IMG/VR virus record: IMGVR_UViG_3300037962_000140
Span: 1 to 64,000 of that record
Direction: 5' to 3' (one strand)
DNA: 64,000 nucleotides
From: an uncultured virus (IMG/VR IMGVR_UViG_3300037962_000140)
Lineage: Duplodnaviria; Heunggongvirae; Uroviricota; Caudoviricetes
Part shown: in pieces, positions 29,049-39,793 of the stretch
Position numbering within the stretch: position 1 is the stretch's first letter
How the letters are laid out: each line of letters starts with the position of its first letter
Notes under the pieces: generated by a model
Told to the model about the DNA's origin: nothing
Databases searched by the model: none
What the model saw: the letters and a program-made list of their open reading frames with translations, nothing else
Translations under genes and position numbers: made by a program

Positions 29049-29374
29049 CTAAACTTTTACAGGGAAGATTACCTATTGAATTAGAACCCACGGTTCGTGG
29101 TGATACGTTCAATAGAGCTGTTAGAGTCTTAGAATTAAGCCTAGATAGGGTTGACCCAGATAGAACTCCTGTCTTTACAAGTGACGAAAGAGATGAGCTA
29201 AAATTCGAAGCTGGGAGTATTATTTGGAATACAACTGAAAGTGTTCTTCAGGTATATTTAGGAGATTCGTGGCAGAATATTTCCACGCCCACCACCTCTG
29301 GACTCAGTGCTACAGCCGGTTTAGGGGAAATACAGGTGATTGCAAGCGGATCAATAGTTGTAGAGGTTGGGTAA
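29045..29374 (+). CDS. virion protein
   Basis: GSIIWNTT..LQVY; ATGA coupling. Confidence 0.65.
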   Translation: MTKLLQGRLPIELEPTVRGDTFNRAVRVLELSLDRVDPDRTPVFTSDERDELKFEAGSIIWNTTESVLQVYLGDSWQNISTPTTSGLSATAGLGEIQVIASGSIVVEVG

Positions 29375-29377
29375 TTT

Positions 29378-30478
29378 ATGACGAGTATATTTAGCGACGA
29401 ACAACGAGCATCTTTAATGGATTCGATGACTAATCCTGAATCTAACGCTCGTAAGATGATTAAGCAAAATGCCGAGATAGGCATCTCTCCTGACGTAACT
29501 ACTGAAATACTTAATAAATACGCTACTTACGGAGCCAATACTGGTATTGGAAATCTTGGCGGTGGTAAACTTGTTGATGCTCTAAATGAACATTACCGTA
29601 ATCAGGTAGATGCTCCTCTGCAACAAGATCCTCCTGAAATGTTTATAGGCGGTCTTTTAGAAGGAATTAGAAACGCTGGGGCTAATGTAGGAACGTATCT
29701 AAAAGATGTGTTTACCCAAGGCGGGGAAGCTACAGGTGAGTTAGTAAAAGAAGCACCAGACGCAATTAATAGTCCTGTTGGTGTCGAAGGAGATGCAGTA
29801 GACGCAGCTGTTCAAACAGCAGATACAGCCACAGACACACCTGTTTCGACTGATGAAAAAACCCGAATGCAACGATTTAAAGATTACATGGAAGATAATC
29901 CTATACTTGCTAGGGAACTAATTGGTACGGGAGGTACTATAGCAGGGATTTTAGCTAAAGCTGCTATAGGGGAAGATGATACCCCTGCTTCAATTCGCGC
30001 TCCACGTCCTAGATTTCAACCAGGAAAAGTTCGTACTCAGCGAATAGGTATGGAAGAAGGGGGTTCTGTAGAAAGTGAAAACATTTATCAAAATGATCCA
30101 GTTTATCAAACATTATCTCTTTTAGGGTTAAGTGACGAAGCTATAGATAAATTTATTAAAACTACGGGAGACATTCCTGAAAGCGTAGTGGACGCTTCTA
30201 TTTATATTGGACAAAAATTAAGAGACGCTGGAATATTAGAAGAACCACGAGCAAAGAAAAAAGAAGATGGCGGTACAGTCCTTAACCGCAAAATGTTTCT
30301 AGGAGGCGGTGAGGTTGATGGTCCTGGGGGTGAGAAAGAAGATTTAGTTCCAATTTGGGCTAGTCCTAACGAATACGTTGTTTCCGCTAAAGGCGTGAGA
30401 CGAATGGGTGGCGGCGACCTTCAACAAGGAATCGCGGCTCTTGATAGAATAAATTTTGGTGATGAACGATATGGCTGA
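29378..30478 (+). CDS. putative internal virion protein
   Basis: GGEVDGPGGEKEDLVP...SPNEYVV motif, several xxGGx motifs. Confidence 0.65.
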   Translation: MTSIFSDEQRASLMDSMTNPESNARKMIKQNAEIGISPDVTTEILNKYATYGANTGIGNLGGGKLVDALNEHYRNQVDAPLQQDPPEMFIGGLLEGIRNAGANVGTYLKDVFTQGGEATGELVKEAPDAINSPVGVEGDAVDAAVQTADTATDTPVSTDEKTRMQRFKDYMEDNPILARELIGTGGTIAGILAKAAIGEDDTPASIRAPRPRFQPGKVRTQRIGMEEGGSVESENIYQNDPVYQTLSLLGLSDEAIDKFIKTTGDIPESVVDASIYIGQKLRDAGILEEPRAKKKEDGGTVLNRKMFLGGGEVDGPGGEKEDLVPIWASPNEYVVSAKGVRRMGGGDLQQGIAALDRINFGDERYG

Positions 30479-32201
30479 GAATCAAACTGCATATAGTTAT
30501 CAGGCTCCTGACCAGTATATATACAACCTTTTAACAGGGGGCGGGGGTCGTTTTGGTCTACTTCCAGGAGTAGAACAGTATTACGCAAGTCAGTTCCAAA
30601 ACCTAGGAGCTGCCGATAGTAGTCCGTTTACTTATACAGGTGAACGTATTGCAGATTTCTCTCCTAGAGAAAAACTTGCAATGCAAATGGCTGACACAGG
30701 TATTGGTGCATTTCAACCGTATTTCAATCGTGCTGCAGGACTAAGCGAAGAAGCTCTCGCTACGTTAGCAGGAGGAACTTCTGAGGCAAAAGCACAGCTT
30801 TTGCGTTCTCTACAACAAGGAGAAGACTACACTCGTACAGGGTTAGATAGAGCCGTAGGTGCAGAAGGCGAGTTTCGTGGTCAGTTATCAGAAGCTGAAC
30901 GTCTAGCTAGAGAAGGCCAGACCATGTCTGACCCGTATTTAACAGAAGGTATTGCAGGAATTAGATCAGGTCGAGCTGATGAATTAGCAGGATTAACTGA
31001 AGCAGCTCAAATAGGACGAGGCGCAGTTACTGCTCAAGACCCGTATATACAAGAAGCGTTACAACAAACACGGGCCAGCACGGCAGGATTCGACCCCTCC
31101 TCAGTAAGTCAGTATATGGATCCTTACGAGGATGCTGTTGTACAACAAGCGATGAAAGATATTCGTGAATCACAAGCTAAAAGCGATATTGGACGACGAG
31201 CGGGAGAAGTAGGACAAGGAGCATTCGGAGGTGCAAGATCTCGTCTTACACAAGAAGAGTCTGACCGTGTAACAGGTCGTGGATTGATGGACGCTGTAGC
31301 AGGAATCAGGAGTCGTGGCTATGAAGGCGCACGATCAGCGGCTATGGGTGAATTTGGAAGACAGCGTGGAGCTGAAGCAGCTGCTGCTGGAACTACTGCA
31401 GGATTAGGTGCTCAAGCAGGAAGCGCAAGAACAGGATTAGCTTCTTTACTTTCTGGTGTAGCAGGCCAACGTGGAGCTGCTAGACGTGGAGCTGCTGGTG
31501 AAATTGCCGGACTAGGCTCACAAAGAGGAGCAGGACTAGAACGACTAGCTTCGACCGTTGCTAATTTTGGATCACAAGGTTACGGAGCGGGAATGGGCAC
31601 TTCGGGTGCACTTACGTCAGGAGGGCAACAGCTCTACGGCATGGGGACTGGGGCTTCTTCTGCGTTAAGTGGACTTGCAGGAACACTAGCAGGAGGACAA
31701 GAAAGAGGAGCAGGAGCAATGTCTGGTTATGCTGGAATGCTTCCTGGACTAATGCAAGGTGATGTGTCTAATATGATGAACGTAGGCGCAATGAACCGAG
31801 CTAGAAACCAAGCTCTAATGGATCTAAATTACCAGAATTTCGTAGGTCAGTACAATTTACCACAACAACTTATGTCTGGTTACGCAAACTTCTTAACTGG
31901 TGCAGGGCCGCTGGCTGGTGGAACAGGATACTCAGGAACTACACAACAAAGTCCGTACTCTATGACTGGAGGTACAGCAGGAGCGTTTAATCCTTACGCT
32001 AACATAGGAGGATACTACAACGAAGGCGGTTCAGTAGAGAAAGGCGGTAAGCCGATTCCTGAGGGAAATAAAGGACTCGCGGCTCTTTCTAAGAAAGCCC
32101 CTGATGTAGTACGAAAGATGGGATTTAGCCCCGCCAAAGCAATGCATGGAGGAATCGCGTCTCGTTTTCCAATGACTTCTCGTAAAATGAGGACTGGCTA
32201 G
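30471..32201 (+). CDS. putative internal virion / DNA ejection protein
   Basis: Gly/Ala/Gln-rich, YMDPY, GAFGGAR. Confidence 0.7.
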   Translation: MAENQTAYSYQAPDQYIYNLLTGGGGRFGLLPGVEQYYASQFQNLGAADSSPFTYTGERIADFSPREKLAMQMADTGIGAFQPYFNRAAGLSEEALATLAGGTSEAKAQLLRSLQQGEDYTRTGLDRAVGAEGEFRGQLSEAERLAREGQTMSDPYLTEGIAGIRSGRADELAGLTEAAQIGRGAVTAQDPYIQEALQQTRASTAGFDPSSVSQYMDPYEDAVVQQAMKDIRESQAKSDIGRRAGEVGQGAFGGARSRLTQEESDRVTGRGLMDAVAGIRSRGYEGARSAAMGEFGRQRGAEAAAAGTTAGLGAQAGSARTGLASLLSGVAGQRGAARRGAAGEIAGLGSQRGAGLERLASTVANFGSQGYGAGMGTSGALTSGGQQLYGMGTGASSALSGLAGTLAGGQERGAGAMSGYAGMLPGLMQGDVSNMMNVGAMNRARNQALMDLNYQNFVGQYNLPQQLMSGYANFLTGAGPLAGGTGYSGTTQQSPYSMTGGTAGAFNPYANIGGYYNEGGSVEKGGKPIPEGNKGLAALSKKAPDVVRKMGFSPAKAMHGGIASRFPMTSRKMRTG

Positions 32202-34393
32202 TGGCTACGAATTTCGGTTTTAATATCGGCGGGGGAGGACTCGCGGATCTTGTTCAGACGCCTAAAGTAACGCCCGTAAGAGGGATGCAATTCGCTCCTA
32301 CCCCAGCACTCCGCACTACCCCGCAAAAAGAGCCTAAGAAAGCGTTACAGGGAGCCTTATTAGGTGCTATTTCTCCGTTACTCGGGGAAGCTGCAGTAAA
32401 AGGATTAGGAAGTCTTCCTGGATTAGAAAATATTCTGTATCAAAAAGATCAAAAAACTCTTGAAGAGTTAGGAGTTAAAAAGCCTACACTAGGACTAGAA
32501 AAGTCTAAAGTAGGAATAGATCCTTTTTTAGAGGAAGCCAAAAGACGAAGAGACTTGGTTGATGCAGCACTTCCAGCAGGAGATGTTCCCAGACAAAAAA
32601 CTCTGTTAGGTAAAGCTTTGACCGAAGCTCTTACTTATGCTCCTGCTGCATTTTTAGACGATGAAGGAGAAGGTGGAGTTGCTGAATTTATTTCTACAGC
32701 GGGTGCGGGTAGAAAAGTTAGAGGAGCTTTAGACGAAGCTCGATTAGAAGCCTATCTTGACCGTCAAACTGAACGTGGTAAAAAACTTGCCGATGTAGGT
32801 GATTTTGACCGTAAAGTTAGTTATAGCGCAGAGCTTATGAAAGATGGATCGTTTTCCCCTGTAAAACGAACTGTTTTGATCTCTCCTGATAAAACTACTC
32901 GCTATGTTCTTAGTGCGGGCAACCCGCAAGTTGATTTCATATTAGATTCTAACGGTAAACGAACACCTGTTCCTAAAGGTCAATACTTTGTTCGTGAGTC
33001 GTTAACCTTAGACGATAACGATCCTGGAAAACCAAAAGATGTAAAACTTTACAACACAACTAATGGAGATATTGCTTACGGAACTGTACAGTTTATGCAA
33101 ACTCCTCAAGGCCGTGATTCACGAGTAATGTTATTAGACCCTCGTAACCGTGATGGTAAAAGACAAAAACGATCTGCAGCTTCTTTGGCTAGTGACTATA
33201 ACGATAACTGGGTTCCCTATGATCAAGAACTAGCTGACCTAGATGCACGTGAAAAAGGCGATCCACAAATCGTAGGCAGATACGAGGGCCGTAGAGATCG
33301 AGAAATATCGATTTTAGAAGTGGCAAATATTGCGGCTGATCTTCTACCTATTACTATAGAGGGTGAGACAAATCCAGAGTTATTAGCAGACGCTGGTGCA
33401 ATTGCAGGAACACTGGACACGGTTGGTAAAAATATTAATGCGTTATTCCACCTATTTGAACGAAGCGGCAGGTCAGTAGGGGATATTCTTTATGACCAAT
33501 CACGAAGCGCACAAGCAGCAGTAAGTATGAATAAGTTATTGATCGCTAGTAACGACTACAACGCAGTAATGACTGATTCTTCAGCAAGCGCACAGGATAA
33601 AGTAGCTGCTAGAGCTGCGCTTACTACAGCGTTAAAACAAGTACAGGCGAATTCAATAGATGAAGGATACAGTAACGATTTCACTTCTTTAGACTTGGAA
33701 AGCGATGAGTTTCAAGATATTCTTGAAAAACGAGGAATGTTAGCGGCAGGACAATTACGACTAGCGTATGCCGCTGCTGCTGCAGATGGCCAAACAGGTA
33801 CAGCTCTTTCAGATAAGGACGTTGCAAACTTCCTAGAGCAAGTAGGTTTTGGTCAACAAAATGCTAGAGCAGTAGGAAAGAAAATCGCCAGCTTTGTAAA
33901 AGGACGCTTGCAAACATTCGATTCAGGAGAGTTTAGAAAACTTTCTAACAATGCTCGAGTTCATGATGAAATAGGTGTTACAGAGACGAATAACGAGCTA
34001 ATGGGGACTTTCGGCGTTAATCAATCAGATCTAGACGCATTGAAAGATCCTCAAAAAACTGAAGAAGAAAAACAAGCAGCAGCAAATAGAATACAACAAA
34101 GAATTTCTATGGTAAGTCGAGGCACGGCCTATGCTGATTTTACTTACGATAAAGAAAATCAACGATATCGCTATGTTCCTGTATTAGAACGACTAGGGGA
34201 ATATCAGCAGTTGTACAATAAATACTTGCGAACTGAAATAACTGGGCCGAAAGGCAAGAAATACAATGGCTTTTTCGAATATTACGGTATCAGTGAAGAC
34301 GATATAAATTTTGAAGGACCAGGAGAAATTCCTACAGGCAGAGGAAGGTTAACTCGTCCTACCACTCGCAGAACATTGAGAATTAGAAACTAA
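32201..34393 (+). CDS. putative internal virion protein
   Basis: 730 aa ORF in the ejection-protein position. Confidence 0.65.
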   Translation: MATNFGFNIGGGGLADLVQTPKVTPVRGMQFAPTPALRTTPQKEPKKALQGALLGAISPLLGEAAVKGLGSLPGLENILYQKDQKTLEELGVKKPTLGLEKSKVGIDPFLEEAKRRRDLVDAALPAGDVPRQKTLLGKALTEALTYAPAAFLDDEGEGGVAEFISTAGAGRKVRGALDEARLEAYLDRQTERGKKLADVGDFDRKVSYSAELMKDGSFSPVKRTVLISPDKTTRYVLSAGNPQVDFILDSNGKRTPVPKGQYFVRESLTLDDNDPGKPKDVKLYNTTNGDIAYGTVQFMQTPQGRDSRVMLLDPRNRDGKRQKRSAASLASDYNDNWVPYDQELADLDAREKGDPQIVGRYEGRRDREISILEVANIAADLLPITIEGETNPELLADAGAIAGTLDTVGKNINALFHLFERSGRSVGDILYDQSRSAQAAVSMNKLLIASNDYNAVMTDSSASAQDKVAARAALTTALKQVQANSIDEGYSNDFTSLDLESDEFQDILEKRGMLAAGQLRLAYAAAAADGQTGTALSDKDVANFLEQVGFGQQNARAVGKKIASFVKGRLQTFDSGEFRKLSNNARVHDEIGVTETNNELMGTFGVNQSDLDALKDPQKTEEEKQAAANRIQQRISMVSRGTAYADFTYDKENQRYRYVPVLERLGEYQQLYNKYLRTEITGPKGKKYNGFFEYYGISEDDINFEGPGEIPTGRGRLTRPTTRRTLRIRN

Positions 34394-34395
34394 TT

Positions 34396-37300
34396 ATGGC
34401 AACCCAATCTAATATAGAACTGTTAGATGAGTACCTACAAACCCCTGATTTTTATAAATGGAGTGAAGAGGTTACTGGTTCTCTAGCAGGGGATTCAGAC
34501 TACACTATTGGCGAGATTCTAAGTAATGATTCTTTGCGTCTTAATAGTTATTTACAATCCGAGTACTTATTAGAACGGGCTGAAGCAGGAGATCAAAGAG
34601 CTTTAGAACTAGTAGACGATAGAGATAAAGAAATCGCTAACGCGATGAATCAATATCTAATGATGTACGCTCCTAGTGAGGTCAATGTTCCTCCCTCTAT
34701 TGACCCTGTTGACCCACAACCGCGACGACCAATAATTCCGATTCCTGGACGTTCGAGTTTACCTGCAATTCCTGTTGTAGAAGATGTAACAGAGTACTCC
34801 GGACTTACAGAGTCTTTGATGAATCAAGAAGATCGTCAAGAATTAATTGACGCACAGGTTAATCCTGATCGTATTTTCGAAGGAGACAGTTCTTTCTATC
34901 AAAAGTGGTTAAGAGGTTCAGACCCTATTGATGCAGATTCTCCTTGGAGAGTAAAAGCGTCTTTCTTTCCTGTTAATATGACCCCTTTCGAAGCTGAAAA
35001 ACTCTTACGAAACGAGTATCCGGATGCAGAATTAAGATACATTAACCCTAACGACAAAAGTATGGGTCTCGCGATTCGTGTTCCTAGAAAAGATGGAGCT
35101 GAAGGAGAACAGGGAGAATGGGTAGCTCTGAGACCTCAGTTCGGTTACGAAATGCTTACCGAAGAAACACTGACCATGCTGGGTCAAGAGATAACACCTA
35201 TTCTTGTTGAGATGGGGTTGTACGGAGGCTATAGAAAACTTGTAAAAGATAGTGTTAAAGAAGCCGGTGAGCTGCTAAGAAAAGAGTCTACTGTTGGGGG
35301 CAAGATAAAGAAAGGCGCAGCTACCGCAACCATTGCTGGGGTATCTGCAGGAATGGGACGGTTCCTTCAGCTTGCTTACGGTAATACCTTGTTCAGAGAT
35401 GAAGAACAAGCAAATGCGATTCTTGCTCAAATTGAAAAAATAGAAGCTGATACTTCTTTAGAAGAAGCTGAACGAGAAGCTGCAGTAAGTGAGAAACAAA
35501 AAGAACTTCTGAGTTTAAACAATATTTCAATAGAACGAGCTTTTGAAGATGCTGGATTAGCTGCGGCACTGGCTGGGGCAGGCACTCTTGTGATAGGAGG
35601 AGTTTTAGGTGCGCTTTCTACAGGTTGGAAAGCAGTTACAGGTTCAAATATTCCTAATGAAATACTAGCAAGACTACAAGCTAAAATCTCAACGAAAGGC
35701 AAAACCCCTGAGTTTTCTTCAGGAGAGTTAGCTGAAAGAACTAAAAAAGCTGCAAAAGCAGTGGCTGACGAAGCAGGAACATTTTATAGACCTCCTGCAG
35801 GAGAACTTACTCAAGATGATTTCTTTAAAGCATTAGAACTAGAACTTTTTGCTCAACTGTCTCCTACTGCTAAAGGTCGAGAAGTATACCAATCAATACT
35901 TGATAACAATGAAAAGGCCGCAGAAAATTTCTGGCAAGAATTAACAGAAAACGCTCCTGAGCTTGAGGGTATTTCTTATAATGATTTTAGAGATTACCTT
36001 GTTAGACAACAAGAAGAATATGCTGAAAGAGCTGCTCAGGCATCTAAGCTCCGTCAACGAGAAATAGAGGAACAAACCGACTTAGAAACAGTATTGCCTG
36101 ACCAAGATCCTGAAGCGATGCTTACTGTCGATGAACTAGGGTCAACTTTTACAAGAGACGTAGAGTCAGGTGGACTGGTCTATAAAAGAAACAGTCCTGA
36201 GTTTTTATATCAATATGATGAACAGTATCAAGCAGCTAAAGATGCAGTAAACGCTGAGGTCAGTAATTTAGCAGATTTAAAATACGACAGAAAACTAGAC
36301 TCTACCGCTTTGATTCGTGATGAATTTACAGAAGCTCTGGGCGGTGGTGAGAGCAAAGATAAAATAATGCGTACATTAGGAGAAGTTGAAGCTTCTGATG
36401 TTATAAAAAGCATGATTCCCATGAGAGACGGAGTAAGTATTCTTAAACAGCTTATGGGAGTTGGAGTAGACGAAAAAGGTCAATTCTTAAAACAAGCTGA
36501 TCTTACCTTCGGGCAATTGAACGGTATGTATCACGCTTTAAACAACCTGTTTATGACTAGTTCTGACCGAGAAGTTAGACAAATCGCTACAGGTCTTAGA
36601 GATGCTGTCGAAGCGCAAATGGATGATTTGATTACATTTCAAGCGCGAAAAGAACTATCTGCTGGGGGTATAGATTCTCCGACCCCAGATGCATTAAGAG
36701 AAAAAATTCAAGAAATAGCTGGGCCTCTAATGAAAGCTCAAGAGGATCTCTATAAATTAAACACGTCTATTGAGCGTAGATTTATTCGAGAGCTAGTAGA
36801 TAAAGAACCCTCTCAAATAGCTGATTTTGTACTGTCAGCTTCGCCTAAACAAATAGAAGATTTATTAGGTCAGATTTATAAATCTCCTGACTCTATTGTA
36901 CGACTAGGAAACCTTAGACAACTGGTCGTTGAAAATATTCGTAAGTCTATGGGAGGATTACCTTTAGCTGAGCAAAATAAAGCATGGAGTAAGTTTTTAG
37001 ATAAAAATGAAGAGCAGCTACAAGCTCTGTTTCCTGAAGCTGACTTTTTAAAATTAAAAGAATTTAAAAATGTACAAGAACAAGCATTAGCTGAAATTGC
37101 TCAAGTTACCGAATCTTTGACACAACTAGAGAAAGAACTAGGTAAGCCTCCAGCTGATTTCGTTAAAGATTTTCTACTTGCTGGTAAAAGTGCAAGACTT
37201 GCCGGAAAAGCAGATATGAGTCTTGCTGAGTTCAATAAAGTCTTACAAGAAACACCTGAGCTTCAACCTTATGTGACTGCGCTCGTAAGAGACTTTATGC

Positions 37301-37920
37301 GCGATAACTTTGAAAAACAACAGCTTGACGAGGGAGGACTTTTCCAAACAGATAACTTCGATGTTAGTGGTTTTATTAGCTTTATAAACCAGGGTTTGAG
37401 AGCAGGACCACAAGGAACAGCTCGTTTAGGGTCATTGTTCAGCCAATTACTAGGTAAAGATGTTGGCAATCAATACGCTAAAGATTTAAGAGCTTTTGGA
37501 AAACTGCTTGACCGAGGTACTCGTCGCGGCCCGAAAAGCCCAATTCCTCAGGGAGCTGCCGCAACAGGTACTATTGAAGATTTTCTCGAAGAAACAAGTT
37601 TCGCGATTCGAATGTTTGTTCCTCCTTTAACTCAAAAAGGTAGAAGAATAACAGCTTTCCTGATGGGTTATCGTGACAAAGCTAGAAGTGATCTGTTACA
37701 AATACTAACTGATCCAACTAAATTAAATAAACTCTTAGAGGCTCGAGATCGTTCAATGAGTCGTCGGGAGTTTTTCAAGTTTATTGGTGCTTTGGCTATT
37801 TCTCGAGGAGTCAACATAGGTTCTGAAGAAAGAGAAACTGCTGAACAAAGAGCATTAAAAGCTATTGAAGGCCCGACTACAGGAATCATGGACCTGTATT
37901 CGAGAGTCATGTCGATATAG
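34396..37920 (+). CDS. large internal virion protein
   Basis: 1174 aa helical ORF with central hydrophobic segments. Confidence 0.65.
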   Translation: MATQSNIELLDEYLQTPDFYKWSEEVTGSLAGDSDYTIGEILSNDSLRLNSYLQSEYLLERAEAGDQRALELVDDRDKEIANAMNQYLMMYAPSEVNVPPSIDPVDPQPRRPIIPIPGRSSLPAIPVVEDVTEYSGLTESLMNQEDRQELIDAQVNPDRIFEGDSSFYQKWLRGSDPIDADSPWRVKASFFPVNMTPFEAEKLLRNEYPDAELRYINPNDKSMGLAIRVPRKDGAEGEQGEWVALRPQFGYEMLTEETLTMLGQEITPILVEMGLYGGYRKLVKDSVKEAGELLRKESTVGGKIKKGAATATIAGVSAGMGRFLQLAYGNTLFRDEEQANAILAQIEKIEADTSLEEAEREAAVSEKQKELLSLNNISIERAFEDAGLAAALAGAGTLVIGGVLGALSTGWKAVTGSNIPNEILARLQAKISTKGKTPEFSSGELAERTKKAAKAVADEAGTFYRPPAGELTQDDFFKALELELFAQLSPTAKGREVYQSILDNNEKAAENFWQELTENAPELEGISYNDFRDYLVRQQEEYAERAAQASKLRQREIEEQTDLETVLPDQDPEAMLTVDELGSTFTRDVESGGLVYKRNSPEFLYQYDEQYQAAKDAVNAEVSNLADLKYDRKLDSTALIRDEFTEALGGGESKDKIMRTLGEVEASDVIKSMIPMRDGVSILKQLMGVGVDEKGQFLKQADLTFGQLNGMYHALNNLFMTSSDREVRQIATGLRDAVEAQMDDLITFQARKELSAGGIDSPTPDALREKIQEIAGPLMKAQEDLYKLNTSIERRFIRELVDKEPSQIADFVLSASPKQIEDLLGQIYKSPDSIVRLGNLRQLVVENIRKSMGGLPLAEQNKAWSKFLDKNEEQLQALFPEADFLKLKEFKNVQEQALAEIAQVTESLTQLEKELGKPPADFVKDFLLAGKSARLAGKADMSLAEFNKVLQETPELQPYVTALVRDFMRDNFEKQQLDEGGLFQTDNFDVSGFISFINQGLRAGPQGTARLGSLFSQLLGKDVGNQYAKDLRAFGKLLDRGTRRGPKSPIPQGAAATGTIEDFLEETSFAIRMFVPPLTQKGRRITAFLMGYRDKARSDLLQILTDPTKLNKLLEARDRSMSRREFFKFIGALAISRGVNIGSEERETAEQRALKAIEGPTTGIMDLYSRVMSI

Positions 37921-37931
37921 GTGAGTTATAA

Positions 37932-39380
37932 ATGAGAATAGAAATTTTCGAAGCCCCATTACCTGATTTTAATCAAGCAGAAGAAATGCAAGACGGTGGC
38001 AGTGTTAAACCTCGCAAGATGTTTAGAGGAGGTGTCGGTGGTTTTGAACTTCCTGAAAATTTACAAGAACTTATTGGGTATGCTTCTCAAAACCGTGTAG
38101 AAGATGCCGCTGAAGAAGAAACAGCCCCCGCTACGGTGGACGAGCTTGTTTCTCAATTTGATGCATCAACCCCTGTTACTGTGAATGAAAACCTTCTTAG
38201 TCTTACCCCTGCTCAATTAGCAAGACAACGAGAAGACCTTGCGATTAGACCAGAGCAAGGGATTTATGGAATGTTCCCTACCACAGAAGGTGCAGCAGAA
38301 TTTCTTTACGGATTTGACGATCCGTATATTGATCCTAGACAAGATACTGGAACACAAACAGAGACTACTACTGAGACAGTTCCTACAGAAGAAGTAACTG
38401 TACAAACAATCCAGGAGATGATAGAGGAAGGAAGCCTTACTCCTGAGTATATTCAAGAACTAATTAATGCTGAAGGTCTTACAAGAGACGATGTCTACAG
38501 TATTCTTGAAACAGGATTCTCGTTCAGCGAAGAACAAATGGCCCAGCTGTTTGATCAAGGAGTCTTGACAAGAGATGAAATTGCAGCTTTAGTTGATGAA
38601 GCGGTTGCAGCCGCTGAAGCTGGAGAAGAAACAGGAGAAGCATTAACGGAAGAAGAGGTCGCTGAGATAGCCGCTTCTTCGGGCATGACTGAAGATCAAA
38701 TAAACGAGCTTATTGCTCAACAAATTGGCGGTCAAGATATGAGCCAGTTTGTAACACAACCTCAGTTGCAAGAACAGATTGCAGGACTAGAAGGACTGTT
38801 TCAAAATTATCTAACGCCTGAACAGCTACAAGGTTACTTAGACGAGCAAAGCACTGGTTATGATCAAACGATTCAAGAACTTACGAACAAACTAGGTTCC
38901 TTGGAACAACAGTACCAAGACGTACAGTCACAATACGAAGCGGATGCGGTGCAGAATCAAATTGATCAAACTAAAGATGATCTCAATACTTATTTTGCTA
39001 GTGCCGCTCCTACTGGTCCACGAACAGGGTCTACGTCGCAGTTTAAATCTGGATCTTCGTTCCTTCCTGGAGGTAGCCCGATGGCTAACCTAATAGGAAT
39101 GCAGAGAGAAGGACAAGGACAAGACCCGTTTAGCACATACTTAAAAACATTTACTCCAAGTTATTCGGATTATAATGCACCGTTTACTGCAGAAGAGTAT
39201 GGTAGTCGAAACCAGCCACTTCTAGGAACCCAATACTCTAATCCGTTTACTGGTGGAGCTTCTTACAGAGGAGCTGACGGTGGTCAAATTTCTTCTAATG
39301 GGATTATGGATCTCACGAACTTCGATACGAATGTTCAGCCTTTTCAAAACGCTTTTAGACCGAATAAACCAAGGACATAA
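37932..39380 (+). CDS. acidic virion-associated protein
   Basis: 482 aa, Glu/Gln-rich, xxGGx motifs at both ends. Confidence 0.6.
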   Translation: MRIEIFEAPLPDFNQAEEMQDGGSVKPRKMFRGGVGGFELPENLQELIGYASQNRVEDAAEEETAPATVDELVSQFDASTPVTVNENLLSLTPAQLARQREDLAIRPEQGIYGMFPTTEGAAEFLYGFDDPYIDPRQDTGTQTETTTETVPTEEVTVQTIQEMIEEGSLTPEYIQELINAEGLTRDDVYSILETGFSFSEEQMAQLFDQGVLTRDEIAALVDEAVAAAEAGEETGEALTEEEVAEIAASSGMTEDQINELIAQQIGGQDMSQFVTQPQLQEQIAGLEGLFQNYLTPEQLQGYLDEQSTGYDQTIQELTNKLGSLEQQYQDVQSQYEADAVQNQIDQTKDDLNTYFASAAPTGPRTGSTSQFKSGSSFLPGGSPMANLIGMQREGQGQDPFSTYLKTFTPSYSDYNAPFTAEEYGSRNQPLLGTQYSNPFTGGASYRGADGGQISSNGIMDLTNFDTNVQPFQNAFRPNKPRT

Positions 39381-39385
39381 TTATT

Positions 39386-39790
39386 ATGATGCCGATTAAC
39401 GAACAGCCGAACCGATTAGATCAAATGAGAACCGCTATGTCTCAGAACACGGCCCCTATGCCTATGGGAGGCAACCTAACTCCCTTGAATGCTCCCCCCG
39501 TAGGCTCTATGCCTCCTCCCCCACCTGCAGGGGGAGGCGGTCCTCAAACGGCTTCAGCTGCACCCATGGATCCTGCGCCAGCAGAGGACAACGCTCGTTT
39601 AGATGAGCTGTTAAACGCTGTTGCAGGCGAAGAAGGGATGATGCCTGAGGAGGGTATGATGGAAGAGGCTCCTATAGAAATAGCTAGTGGGTTAGCCGAT
39701 GCTGCAGTTAGTCTTGCAGGTTCTATTCCTGCTGCTAGAGCAGAATTAGAAGCAGCGTTAGCTCAACTAGATGCGATGGAGATGGTATAG
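39386..39790 (+). CDS. Pro/Met-rich hypothetical protein
   Basis: last gene of the late block. Confidence 0.6.
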   Translation: MMPINEQPNRLDQMRTAMSQNTAPMPMGGNLTPLNAPPVGSMPPPPPAGGGGPQTASAAPMDPAPAEDNARLDELLNAVAGEEGMMPEEGMMEEAPIEIASGLADAAVSLAGSIPAARAELEAALAQLDAMEMV

Positions 39791-39793
39791 GGA

